IMG/VR virus record: IMGVR_UViG_3300020409_000027
Location: 1 to 49,822 of that record
Direction: 5' to 3' (one strand)
Source of the DNA: a virus
Lineage: Duplodnaviria; Caudoviricetes
Length of the DNA stretch: 49,822 nucleotides
The position numbers were made by a program, and so were the translations under genes. Below are positions 9,252-16,731 of this stretch, piece after piece; the stretch's first letter is position 1; each line of letters begins with the position of its first letter. The notes under the pieces are model-generated. The model ran no database searches. It was not told where the DNA came from and saw only the letters and a list, made by a program, of their open reading frames with translations.

Positions 9252-9671
9252 ATGGCAACTACAAATGCAAATAATTGGGCAGATTTGCTTGTCGCTGAAC
9301 TAGGAAGTAAAGCGAAAGCATATAGACTTGCTCAAGTCAATGCTAGACTAACATCACAAAGTTATGGTGGAAGTGATGATAGACTTTCAGCGAAGAAAAC
9401 TAAGATCGAAGCGGATGACGCTAGTGTCACTTGGGTATTCACTAAAGAAGATGTTGCATCAAGTGATGATCTAGTCATCAAAGCAAAAGCACCTAGCGAT
9501 AGAGGTGGACATACTAGGGTGTGGGGATATGTAGAAGGTACAAGTGGAAGTAATGAAGGTTCAGTAAGGAAACTATTAACTGACCCATATGTGGCAACTA
9601 ATAGTATTAATGACGCAAATAGAGCAACATTCTTTGGAAAAATATCACATTTGGATGGTAAACAGTTCTAA
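9252..9671 (+). CDS. Hypothetical protein, possibly late/virion
   Basis: 139 aa, MATT start, Ala/Ser/Thr-rich, preceded by a late promoter. Confidence 0.7.
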   Translation: MATTNANNWADLLVAELGSKAKAYRLAQVNARLTSQSYGGSDDRLSAKKTKIEADDASVTWVFTKEDVASSDDLVIKAKAPSDRGGHTRVWGYVEGTSGSNEGSVRKLLTDPYVATNSINDANRATFFGKISHLDGKQF

Positions 9672-9685
9672 CTTACATCATTAAT

Positions 9686-10339
9686 ATGAATGAAATACTT
9701 GATCTCTTTCCTACGAGACTACATATAAATCAACACGCAAACGATAGTATTACAGAGGAAATCTGTAGTTTAGTGGAATATATTCAGAATGAATATGTTC
9801 CTACGATTCACTATAATAGTGAACAGAATAATAATATAAACTTATTTGAGACACATAAAGATAAGTTAGTTCACTTCTTAGAGTGGCACAGATCAGTAGT
9901 AAATGAATATGTTAGTCACGATAAGTGGGAATATTCAGAAAGTTGGTTAAACATATATCCTACTGGTGGTTCTCAACCAGTACATAACCACGTTGCTAAC
10001 GATTGCCAAATATCAGGATGCTACTACCATAATACTACTGAAGAAATGGGAGATTTAACTTTTCATCATCCTAACCCATATTCTGATATTGACCTATGGG
10101 GATGTGGAGACAAAACGATGTGGGTTAAGACTTATCCCAGTACGACTATTTTATTTCCCAGTTGGTTAAATCATAACACAGATAATAATGCTGATGAGCA
10201 AAGTAAGATCAGTATAGGATTTAATATTCAAGTTGGTAGAATACAAACTGGTATTAGTGGCACTTGGTTAGGTAAGGATACTGTTATACACGATAGAGGT
10301 TATAAAACGTTAGATGGTAGAGTCTATGAATCCAGTTGA
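9686..10339 (+). CDS. 2OG-Fe(II) oxygenase-fold protein (TIGR02466-like)
   Basis: LFPT, SWLN, VHNH, ISGCYY, LFPSWLNH, KISIGFN. Confidence 0.85.
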   Translation: MNEILDLFPTRLHINQHANDSITEEICSLVEYIQNEYVPTIHYNSEQNNNINLFETHKDKLVHFLEWHRSVVNEYVSHDKWEYSESWLNIYPTGGSQPVHNHVANDCQISGCYYHNTTEEMGDLTFHHPNPYSDIDLWGCGDKTMWVKTYPSTTILFPSWLNHNTDNNADEQSKISIGFNIQVGRIQTGISGTWLGKDTVIHDRGYKTLDGRVYESS

Positions 10340-10386
10340 ATAACTGTCACATAGATTTGACCATACCATAGCATAACCTTTATAAT
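10329..10386 (+). promoter_or_regulatory. Early promoter cassette 2
   Basis: TCCAGTTGAATAACTGTCAC, 30 nt, TATAAT at 10381. Also has TTGACC at the -35 position. Confidence 0.78.
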
Positions 10387-10409
10387 AGTATTAACAAGCA
10401 AATTAATTT

Positions 10410-10841
10410 ATGTCAAACACAGTTCTCGAACTAACAGAAAAACTAACTGACTCACTAGAGCAGAACTATAAGAATTATACTATAAGATCATTTACTCGCA
10501 ATGTTGAGAGAAATGATGAACTAATGTCAGACTACTCTAAAGAGAGACTTGCAGAAATTGACAACGGAACAGCGAAACTAATGAAATTCCGTATTCAAGA
10601 AGGTAAGAAGTATTACAAGATCATTCAATGTGAGTGGGATGACTATAAAGGAAGAAATGAGTATCGTGATGGCGGTGTTCACGCATTTGTTGACAAGTTT
10701 AGTGCTGATGTTTACAAACCTGCATCTTGGAAAAGTCCTGCAAAGCACGTTAGATTTAACTTGAGGAATGAGGTTCATCAAGCGAATCTATTCAACCCAC
10801 TCTACACAGATTGGGCAGGTGGTTATCTCTATATGAGGTAA
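10410..10841 (+). CDS. Conserved phage hypothetical protein (early)
   Basis: GKKYYKI...VHAFVD...VYKPASWKSPAKHVR...DWAGGYLY, a motif set widespread in T4-like phages. Confidence 0.8.
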   Translation: MSNTVLELTEKLTDSLEQNYKNYTIRSFTRNVERNDELMSDYSKERLAEIDNGTAKLMKFRIQEGKKYYKIIQCEWDDYKGRNEYRDGGVHAFVDKFSADVYKPASWKSPAKHVRFNLRNEVHQANLFNPLYTDWAGGYLYMR

Positions 10842-10846
10842 TCACT

Positions 10847-11056
10847 ATGTTATTCCACGTTACAGACATCGATCTCTATCTAAGTGAAGTTGGCGATGGC
10901 ATCCCAGAATTTCAATTATCTCGTCAAGAGGAATATGTTTTAAATCGAAGATGCCTAGGTAGATGGAAAGCAAAAAATGAGGATGACTTGAGAAATCAAA
11001 TAGAAGATTTTATTGGTTATCCTATTGAAACAATTAAGTATCAGGTAAAAAAATGA
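10847..11056 (+). CDS. Hypothetical protein
   Basis: Frame of track ORF 10811-11056. The likely start is the ATG at 10847 (MLFHVTDI), after a GAGG. Confidence 0.65.
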   Translation: MLFHVTDIDLYLSEVGDGIPEFQLSRQEEYVLNRRCLGRWKAKNEDDLRNQIEDFIGYPIETIKYQVKK

Positions 11057-11133
11057 TTTTAGCATTAACAATCTTGACCATTCTATTAATATGCTCTATA
11101 ATAGTTGTATATTATTATAATCCGCACAATTAA
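11053..11133 (+). CDS. Small membrane peptide
   Basis: MILALTILTILLICSIIVVYYYNPHN, coupled by ATGA and TAATG overlaps. Confidence 0.5.
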   Translation: MILALTILTILLICSIIVVYYYNPHN

Positions 11134-11216
11134 TGAATTATGTAGGTCTTGAGGTAGTTTTTTGGACAACACTTGTTATGTACATCCTTATTAGGTTAGG
11201 TGTATTTAAAAAATGA
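11133..11216 (+). CDS. Small membrane peptide
   Basis: MNYVGLEVVFWTTLVMYILIRLGVFKK, coupled to the methyltransferase start (ATGA). Confidence 0.5.
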   Translation: MNYVGLEVVFWTTLVMYILIRLGVFKK

Positions 11217-12136
11217 AAGATACTATTTTATATGGGGATTGCAGAAACACATTAAAGACAATAACAGAAAAGTGTCAAGTGTGTGTTACATCCCCACCTT
11301 ATTATGGTTTAAGGAACTATGGTAACGAGGATGACCAGATCGGTATGGAACAGACTCCCGAAGAATATATTCAGCAATTAGTTGAAGTATTTCGAAGTGT
11401 TCGGGATGTTCTAAGCGATGATGGAACATTGTGGGTTAACATAGGAGACACATATTATAATTATCGTAGTGATGGGAATTATCCTAAGCAAAGTGTAAGT
11501 AAAACTAATCAAGATTTACCTAGTTTCACACCAGTACGAGGAAATAAGTTTAAAAATTTAAAATCTAAAGATTTAATTGGCATCCCTTGGATGTTAGCAT
11601 TCGCATTACGTCAAGATGGATGGTATTTACGTCAGGACATAATTTGGAATAAACCTAACCCTATGCCAGAATCAGTAAGAGATAGATGCACTAAATCTCA
11701 CGAGTACATTTTTCTTTTATCGAAGAGTAAGAAGTATTACTATGATAATGAATCAATAAAAGAGAAAGCGAAGGGAGAACGATGGGGTAAAAATACTCCT
11801 ATTAATATGGAGAATACAAAAGATACTGATAACCAGTTTAGTGGACTCACTAGACCTCGTAAGATGGTTTATGAGAAGAAAAACAAGAGATCAGTATGGA
11901 CAGTTACCAGTAAACCATTTAAAGGTAGTCACTTTGCAACTTTCCCACCCGAACTAATCACTCCCTGTATTTTGGCAGGATCTCGTGAGAATGATATAAT
12001 CCTAGACCCATTTATGGGTAGTGGAACAACAGCGATGGTTGCTAAGGAATTGGGTAGGCATTACATAGGATGTGAATTGCACGAGGACTATGGTAACCTT
12101 ATACAACAAAGACTAGGATTGATGGCATTCTCGTGA
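11213..12136 (+). CDS. DNA amino-methyltransferase (N4-cytosine/N6-adenine, beta class)
   Basis: Motif IV TSPPY near the N-terminus, motif I LDPFMGSGTT near the C-terminus, plus HFATFP and WNKPNPMPES. Confidence 0.92.
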   Translation: MKDTILYGDCRNTLKTITEKCQVCVTSPPYYGLRNYGNEDDQIGMEQTPEEYIQQLVEVFRSVRDVLSDDGTLWVNIGDTYYNYRSDGNYPKQSVSKTNQDLPSFTPVRGNKFKNLKSKDLIGIPWMLAFALRQDGWYLRQDIIWNKPNPMPESVRDRCTKSHEYIFLLSKSKKYYYDNESIKEKAKGERWGKNTPINMENTKDTDNQFSGLTRPRKMVYEKKNKRSVWTVTSKPFKGSHFATFPPELITPCILAGSRENDIILDPFMGSGTTAMVAKELGRHYIGCELHEDYGNLIQQRLGLMAFS

Positions 12137-12192
12137 CAGTTGTATTAGTGTCACATACTTTCCCCATTATCAAATAAAATACAGTATATTAT
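12133..12192 (+). promoter_or_regulatory. Early promoter cassette 3
   Basis: GTGACAGTTGTATTAGTGTCAC, 30 nt, TATATT/TATTAT. Confidence 0.75.
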
Positions 12193-12196
12193 AAAT

Positions 12197-12317
12197 GTTC
12201 AGTTAATTACATTTTCACTCCCCCTTATTAAGTCATTAGATGACTAAGCAGATTTAACTAGCATAGTTAAAACGATAAGGTTTTTAATTATGAGAGTACG
12301 ACTTGTATTAACTGAAC
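12197..12317 (+). ncRNA. Candidate structured RNA leader or ncRNA
   Basis: Perfect 10-bp terminal stem GTTCAGTTAA/TTAACTGAAC. An inner CCTTAT/ATAAGG closes two hairpins (AGTCAT-TAG-ATGACT and TTAACTA-GCA-TAGTTAA). Begins at the expected transcription start. Confidence 0.5.
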
Positions 12318-12337
12318 CCACCATTGCATTTAACAAT

Positions 12338-12469
12338 TTGAAAATTACTCTCAAGAATACTAAAAAAGAAATCTTTGAAGCATATCAAGGATCTCAAAAT
12401 GTTAGAGAAGAGAGAACAGTTCTTGTTTACATAAGTATCATACTTTTTGTATTTAATTGCTTGTTCTAG
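12338..12469 (+). CDS. Small protein with C-terminal TM helix
   Basis: (M)KITLKNTKKEIFEAY...LVYISIILFVFNCLF. TTG start, or the in-frame ATG at 12290. Confidence 0.6.
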   Translation: MKITLKNTKKEIFEAYQGSQNVREERTVLVYISIILFVFNCLF

Positions 12470-12528
12470 TCCAGTTGTATTAGTGTCACACTAAACCCCC
12501 ATTTGGGGGTTTTTTCATTTAATATAAT
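12468..12528 (+). promoter_or_regulatory. Early promoter cassette 4
   Basis: GTCCAGTTGTATTAGTGTCAC...TAATAT/TATAAT at 12520-12528. Confidence 0.75.
12493..12515 (+). terminator. Intrinsic terminator embedded in promoter cassette 4
   Basis: AAACCCCC-ATTT-GGGGG-TTTTTT. Confidence 0.75.
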
Positions 12529-12548
12529 AATATAAACAAACAAATCAA

Positions 12549-12776
12549 ATGCCTACTAATTTCAAACAATTTTTAGATTACGTTGAGTCATTCTACTTAC
12601 CTAGTCATCCCGATGTACTATATCCAATTCCAGGATTAAATAGAGGAGAGATAGCAATCGCTACATTAAACTATCTTGATCTATGTGCTTGTGATGAGAA
12701 TGTTAACTGGGGAGACGGAGATTCACTAGACAGAGAGAGAGTTAGAGATTTCATTTTTTCAAGGAGAGCAGTTTAA
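12549..12776 (+). CDS. Hypothetical early protein
   Basis: F.DYV.SFY...WGDGDSLDRERVRD, a cyanophage-type motif. Confidence 0.75.
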   Translation: MPTNFKQFLDYVESFYLPSHPDVLYPIPGLNRGEIAIATLNYLDLCACDENVNWGDGDSLDRERVRDFIFSRRAV

Positions 12777-13078
12777 TGAAAAGTTTAATTTTTGATAACC
12801 CATCCCCTAGATATGATGACCTATCAACTAGGGAACTACTTGAAAAGTCACTTGAGCAATTAAAGATTATTCAACGTGACAATTTAAAAAGAGAACCTAA
12901 TCATCCCAGAAATCAGTTTAAATATACTATAATAGTTCCAGATCATCCACTTGGGTATCACGAGCATTATACTGATGATTTAGAAAATGCTAAAAAAAGT
13001 TGCATCGAGTGGGCAACTGACTACGGTAAAGCATCCGTAGAAGATCAAAACTTAAACACAATTTATTCAGTAAGATGA
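12776..13078 (+). CDS. Hypothetical protein
   Basis: 100 aa with TAATG coupling. Confidence 0.7.
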   Translation: MKSLIFDNPSPRYDDLSTRELLEKSLEQLKIIQRDNLKREPNHPRNQFKYTIIVPDHPLGYHEHYTDDLENAKKSCIEWATDYGKASVEDQNLNTIYSVR

Positions 13079-13212
13079 ACATCCCAACCTACGACTTTCC
13101 CCATTCCCCAATTTTAATTATTGGATTCTTTGGAATACTCACAGCAATGACAGTTCTATTTGTTGCAAATAGATCTTATTTCACATCCCCATTTAACGAG
13201 GACAACAAGTAA
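13075..13212 (+). CDS. Small membrane protein
   Basis: MNIPTYDFPHSPILIIGFFGILTAMTVLFVANRSYFTSPFNEDNK, coupled on both sides. Confidence 0.6.
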   Translation: MNIPTYDFPHSPILIIGFFGILTAMTVLFVANRSYFTSPFNEDNK

Positions 13213-13388
13213 TGCAGACTCTAACATTTTCCTGTAAAATTCAATGCGATGATGATGGGGTTAATCCGCTACATCTATGCGAAGAGATTCAAGCATACTT
13301 GAATTCAAATTGCTCTAATTCAGAAGTTGTTGGTTACAACCTCGAAGTAGAGAGACTAACACCTTTTTATGCTAAAGAAGTGTATTAA
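13212..13388 (+). CDS. Small hypothetical protein
   Basis: 58 aa, MQTLTFSCKIQC...KEVY. Ends just before cassette 5. Confidence 0.55.
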   Translation: MQTLTFSCKIQCDDDGVNPLHLCEEIQAYLNSNCSNSEVVGYNLEVERLTPFYAKEVY

Positions 13389-13448
13389 AGGACAGTTGTA
13401 TTAGTGTCACATATTTTTACCATTTGACACTAATCTCGACTATATTAT
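13389..13448 (+). promoter_or_regulatory. Early promoter cassette 5
   Basis: GGACAGTTGTATTAGTGTCAC, 30 nt, TATATT/TATTAT. Also has TTGACA in the spacer. Confidence 0.78.
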
Positions 13449-13452
13449 AAAT

Positions 13453-13512
13453 GTGGTAGGCAAGAGTGAGCGACCCCAGAGGAAAATGCTCTTTAATTCG
13501 AATCTCTACCAC
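13453..13512 (+). ncRNA. Candidate structured 5' leader
   Basis: GTGGTAG/CTACCAC terminal stem with an inner AAGAGTG/TGCTCTT stem, beginning at the expected transcription start. Confidence 0.4.
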
Positions 13513-13533
13513 TCTCAATTCAATTCAAATCAA

Positions 13534-13731
13534 ATGGCAACTAAAAAGAAACCTATTCATCTATCCATCATTATGGACAAACTTTCCGATTTAGGTTGGG
13601 AATATACTTGTAACAGAATGTCAAGATCTGGTATGCAAGTGTATGATGAGTTAATGACCTACTTAGGTGGTTTAGATAAAGGAGAGCATTGGAATGAAGA
13701 TGCATATGCTGACGCTAACGGAGATTGGTAG
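13534..13731 (+). CDS. Hypothetical early protein
   Basis: MATKKKPIH...LGWEYTCNRMSRSG. The ATG follows a TCAAATCAAATG leader like other cassettes. Confidence 0.7.
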   Translation: MATKKKPIHLSIIMDKLSDLGWEYTCNRMSRSGMQVYDELMTYLGGLDKGEHWNEDAYADANGDW

Positions 13732-13735
13732 TGAA

Positions 13736-13954
13736 ATGGCAAATTATACTTCCCCATATGATATTGGTGTTGGCGATGTCGTCAATTTCAATGGAACACA
13801 GTACACAGTTCTCACTAATTATATAAAAGGAGAAACTGATGCTCAAGGTCACACACCTAGAGAAAACAGAACTATTTTAATTGATGATAGTGACAATCGC
13901 ACTATGTGTCAAGATTATACATTAATGGAGGTCATCGAAAATGCCAACAGTTGA
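13736..13954 (+). CDS. Hypothetical protein
   Basis: Frame of track ORF 13694-13954. The likely start is MANYT. Confidence 0.6.
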   Translation: MANYTSPYDIGVGDVVNFNGTQYTVLTNYIKGETDAQGHTPRENRTILIDDSDNRTMCQDYTLMEVIENANS

Positions 13955-14126
13955 GAGAGATTTACGAGGTCAGGAATATATTTCAGTAAATGCTGAATTG
14001 CCTGATAAAGATTTTTATCCCATTGCTCACGCTATTTGGAAGGCACTTGACGATAATGGCATTATTTTAGATGATAATGCTGAATTAAGTATAAGAGTAT
14101 ATAACGGTCAAGACTTCACAGAATAA
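13941..14126 (+). CDS. Hypothetical protein
   Basis: 61 aa with a GGAGG Shine-Dalgarno upstream. Confidence 0.6.
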   Translation: MPTVERDLRGQEYISVNAELPDKDFYPIAHAIWKALDDNGIILDDNAELSIRVYNGQDFTE

Positions 14127-14182
14127 GACAGTTGAGATAGTGGCACATTTCATATTGAAAACGACCTACCATACCCTATAAT
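14125..14182 (+). promoter_or_regulatory. Early promoter cassette 6
   Basis: GACAGTTGAGATAGTGGCAC, 30 nt, TATAAT at 14177. Confidence 0.78.
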
Positions 14183-14212
14183 AATAGTATAAACAAAGTT
14201 AATTCAAATCAA

Positions 14213-14404
14213 ATGTCAGTTAAAAAACCATTTCGCTACGATCTCACAGATAAGCAAGATCTAGTTCTCACTCAAATGCTAACTTTCTTTTCAGAGTTAG
14301 GATGTGGTGGGGATATGAACCCAGAGGATTTCGATTCACTCTTTAATTACGTTATGGGTGGAGGAGAGACTCTCATAGGTCAACTAGAAAAAGGAGACCT
14401 ATAA
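14213..14404 (+). CDS. Hypothetical early protein
   Basis: 63 aa, first gene after cassette 6. Confidence 0.65.
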   Translation: MSVKKPFRYDLTDKQDLVLTQMLTFFSELGCGGDMNPEDFDSLFNYVMGGGETLIGQLEKGDL

Positions 14405-14406
14405 AA

Positions 14407-14577
14407 ATGTCAGTATCACATCACGAGAGCATTTTAGAGACAATCTTTGACGAGGTAGTTGAAGAGTCACTTTCAAATATGAGAAAAGCAGGATTTGTAA
14501 GAATTACAGAGTCCGACCTCGATATGAAAGCAATCGAAAAAACAGTTTACAAAAGATTTGAGGATTTATGCCAATGA
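14407..14577 (+). CDS. Small hypothetical protein
   Basis: MSVSHHESILETIFDEV...KRFEDLCQ (56 aa), AGGAG upstream. Confidence 0.65.
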   Translation: MSVSHHESILETIFDEVVEESLSNMRKAGFVRITESDLDMKAIEKTVYKRFEDLCQ

Positions 14578-14786
14578 CCTATTCAACTAGAATAACAAAA
14601 AATGATTTATGTTTAAATTTTTTGAGTGACGTTTATACCAACTGGTTGGACGATCAAAAAATTGACCATAAAATATGTGCATCTGAATTACTGTATGGTA
14701 GAATTAGATCACAGTTAACCAACTCTCAAAAACAATGGTTAGGAACATTTATTGAGATTTGGGAACTAACCGATGAAAACACTTAA
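14568..14786 (+). CDS. Hypothetical protein
   Basis: About 70 aa, ASELLY...LT..QK.WL..FI..W. Confidence 0.65.
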   Translation: MPMTYSTRITKNDLCLNFLSDVYTNWLDDQKIDHKICASELLYGRIRSQLTNSQKQWLGTFIEIWELTDENT

Positions 14787-14800
14787 TTAAGGAGATCAAA

Positions 14801-14953
14801 ATGACCAGAGCAGAATACGAGTTGGTTTTTCAATCATTGAAATTCTACCGCACTTTTATGACAGATGAGCAAGAGGTCTTATCTGAGAAAATTTTGGATG
14901 ACCTATTTTATCCAGAATTCGATAAACTTGCATCTATAGGAATGACAGACTAA
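14801..14953 (+). CDS. Small hypothetical protein
   Basis: MTRAEYELVFQSLKFYR... (50 aa) with an AAGGAG Shine-Dalgarno and TAATG coupling. Confidence 0.65.
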   Translation: MTRAEYELVFQSLKFYRTFMTDEQEVLSEKILDDLFYPEFDKLASIGMTD

Positions 14954-15210
14954 TGGATAAAGCACTAATTAATGAACTCAAATCTTTTTTAGTTGAGAGA
15001 TATGTTGACAATATGAGTACAAAAGATTTAGTTGCTTATGTAACTGATGATCTTGATGACTTATACAAGAATATGCCTGATGCAGAATTTCTTGATGAAT
15101 GTCAAAATTATTGGGATGATAGTTTTGGAGAAGTAATTGACGAGATTCAAGACTATATGAAGTGTGACTTCAAAAAACCATTAAGAGAACCATTTGAGGA
15201 GACTAACTGA
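14953..15210 (+). CDS. Hypothetical acidic protein
   Basis: 85 aa, YVDNMSTKDLV. Confidence 0.7.
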   Translation: MDKALINELKSFLVERYVDNMSTKDLVAYVTDDLDDLYKNMPDAEFLDECQNYWDDSFGEVIDEIQDYMKCDFKKPLREPFEETN

Positions 15211-15227
15211 TGAAAGTCAAGTCCTAT

Positions 15228-15286
15228 TGTGACAGTTAAATATGTGTCACAATATCCCTCGCATAGGGTACTCAGTTCCCTATAAT
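15228..15286 (+). promoter_or_regulatory. Early promoter cassette 7
   Basis: TGTGACAGTTAAATATGTGTCACA, TATAAT at 15281 (30 nt after ...GTCAC). Confidence 0.8.
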
Positions 15287-15308
15287 AGAAATAACAAAAC
15301 AAATTCAA

Positions 15309-15824
15309 ATGGAAGCAGTAATCACAAAAATGACTCCCGAACAAAAGTATCAGGAACTATTTGAAGCAATGTATCAACTTTGCGATCAAGAGAACTGGGG
15401 AGACCCATTTTCATATGCTAGATCAAGAGAGATACATCTTGCAGGAATTTTAGGTCACTCAGTTGCAGATGACTATTCTGGTGCGGATGCATTTGACGAG
15501 AATGGCAATCCAGTTGAATATAAATCCACTATTGGCAAGAAATTAACAGCAACTTACAATGGAATTTCAGTTCAACCAACTTGGCACGATCAGGTTCGCT
15601 ATTTGGTAGAAGAGAAAATTGGCAAGTATCAGCATCACTTTTATGCACGATACCATAAAGGTAAAGTTGTTGAAGTGTGGAGACTTGAAGCGGAGGACGT
15701 TTTGAGCATTTTGTTTCCCCCATTAAAGAAGCAATTTGATGATAAAAGAGTTAAAAAAGACCCACGTCTAGGTTATACAATCAGCAATAAACTTATCAAA
15801 CAATTTGGAACTCAAGTATTATGA
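15309..15824 (+). CDS. Putative PD-(D/E)xK restriction-endonuclease-like nuclease
   Basis: RSRE...GADAFDENGNPVEYKS matches the E...D-x(n)-ExK catalytic pattern. Confidence 0.55.
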   Translation: MEAVITKMTPEQKYQELFEAMYQLCDQENWGDPFSYARSREIHLAGILGHSVADDYSGADAFDENGNPVEYKSTIGKKLTATYNGISVQPTWHDQVRYLVEEKIGKYQHHFYARYHKGKVVEVWRLEAEDVLSILFPPLKKQFDDKRVKKDPRLGYTISNKLIKQFGTQVL

Positions 15825-16057
15825 ACACTTTCGAAGATTTTGACAACACAGTAATAGAGAATGAAAGAGCGATGAATATCGAAGTTTTTTCAACTCACTA
15901 TTTAAAGCGATGTAAAAAGTTGATCGATAGCGACCGCCTAGACGATTCTAACAGTATATTCCAGGAATTTATTGTTGATGGAATCGACCCAGAGGACGGT
16001 AATTATAAGTTTATTTTCTTGCAAGATTTAACAGACTACTATCACGAGGAGGATTAA
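15821..16057 (+). CDS. Hypothetical protein
   Basis: 78 aa with an ATGA overlap. Confidence 0.65.
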   Translation: MNTFEDFDNTVIENERAMNIEVFSTHYLKRCKKLIDSDRLDDSNSIFQEFIVDGIDPEDGNYKFIFLQDLTDYYHEED

Positions 16058-16124
16058 ATTTCAGATCTGGGAATGACTTTGCCCATAAAAAGTTGAGTCA
16101 ATTTGACCCTTTGATTTGTTTACA

Positions 16125-16232
16125 ATGGCACTTACTTCACTTGAATACCTATTCATTCAAATGGATACCGCAGACAATGGAATTCAACTCCTTAATTTTA
16201 TTGATGCATATCTGGAGAATGTCAATAGTTAG
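16125..16232 (+). CDS. Small peptide
   Basis: MALTSLEYLFIQMDTADNGIQLLNFIDAYLENVNS. Ends at cassette 8. Confidence 0.45.
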   Translation: MALTSLEYLFIQMDTADNGIQLLNFIDAYLENVNS

Positions 16233-16233
16233 T

Positions 16234-16291
16234 ATGACAGTTTAATTAGTGGCATAAAACCCCTAGAAATAGGGGTTTTTTCATTTATAAT
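16234..16291 (+). promoter_or_regulatory. Early promoter cassette 8
   Basis: ATGACAGTTTAATTAGTGGCAT, 30 nt, TATAAT at 16286. Confidence 0.78.
16256..16281 (+). terminator. Intrinsic terminator embedded in promoter cassette 8
   Basis: AAAACCCCTA-GAAA-TAGGGG-TTTTTT (GNRA loop). Confidence 0.78.
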
Positions 16292-16316
16292 GAATATATC
16301 AAACAAAGGAGAAAAA

Positions 16317-16715
16317 ATGCCACTTTCAACAGTATTAAGCAAAAAGACTTGGAAACCAGTTAAGTTAGATGTATATCAAAAATTACTCTTAGACAGAATC
16401 GATTCATATGGAAGTGGCGATTGGAAAAATGGTCTATCAATACATCATAAGCACGACCAGAGTCAATTCTCAAATATTATCATAGGTGGGGATGTAGTTG
16501 GTAAAGTTGTTTACGATGTAGCACACGATGACATAAGTCAGGACGATTATAGAGCGATTCACATCGATAAAACAAAATTCGCTCAGGTATCTTATATTGC
16601 ATTTGGTAATGATATTTGGGATTATAGAAGTTCCCAACAAGTTGCAAGATATAGAAATATGCTATCAAAGTTTTACACAGTAATACAAGTTGCAAATAAG
16701 TGCATCCAGTATTAA
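16317..16715 (+). CDS. Hypothetical early protein
   Basis: Frame of track ORF 16290. The likely start is MPLSTV after AAGGAG. Confidence 0.7.
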   Translation: MPLSTVLSKKTWKPVKLDVYQKLLLDRIDSYGSGDWKNGLSIHHKHDQSQFSNIIIGGDVVGKVVYDVAHDDISQDDYRAIHIDKTKFAQVSYIAFGNDIWDYRSSQQVARYRNMLSKFYTVIQVANKCIQY

Positions 16716-16731
16716 AAAGTCAAGCGGTATG

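Noticed and set aside
12133-12154. Palindrome as an NtcA, CRP or Pho box
   Set aside because: It does not fit GTA-N8-TAC, TGTGA-N6-TCACA (the spacer here is 14) or the direct-repeat Pho box.
12185-12250. Hammerhead-like core on the minus strand (CTAATGA...GAAA)
   Set aside because: The conserved G of CUGANGA is missing, and stems I and II do not pair in register.
13453-13533. GTG start at 13453 given by the ORF track
   Set aside because: It coincides with the predicted transcription start and a hairpin. ATG 13534 has the same leader as other cassette-first genes.
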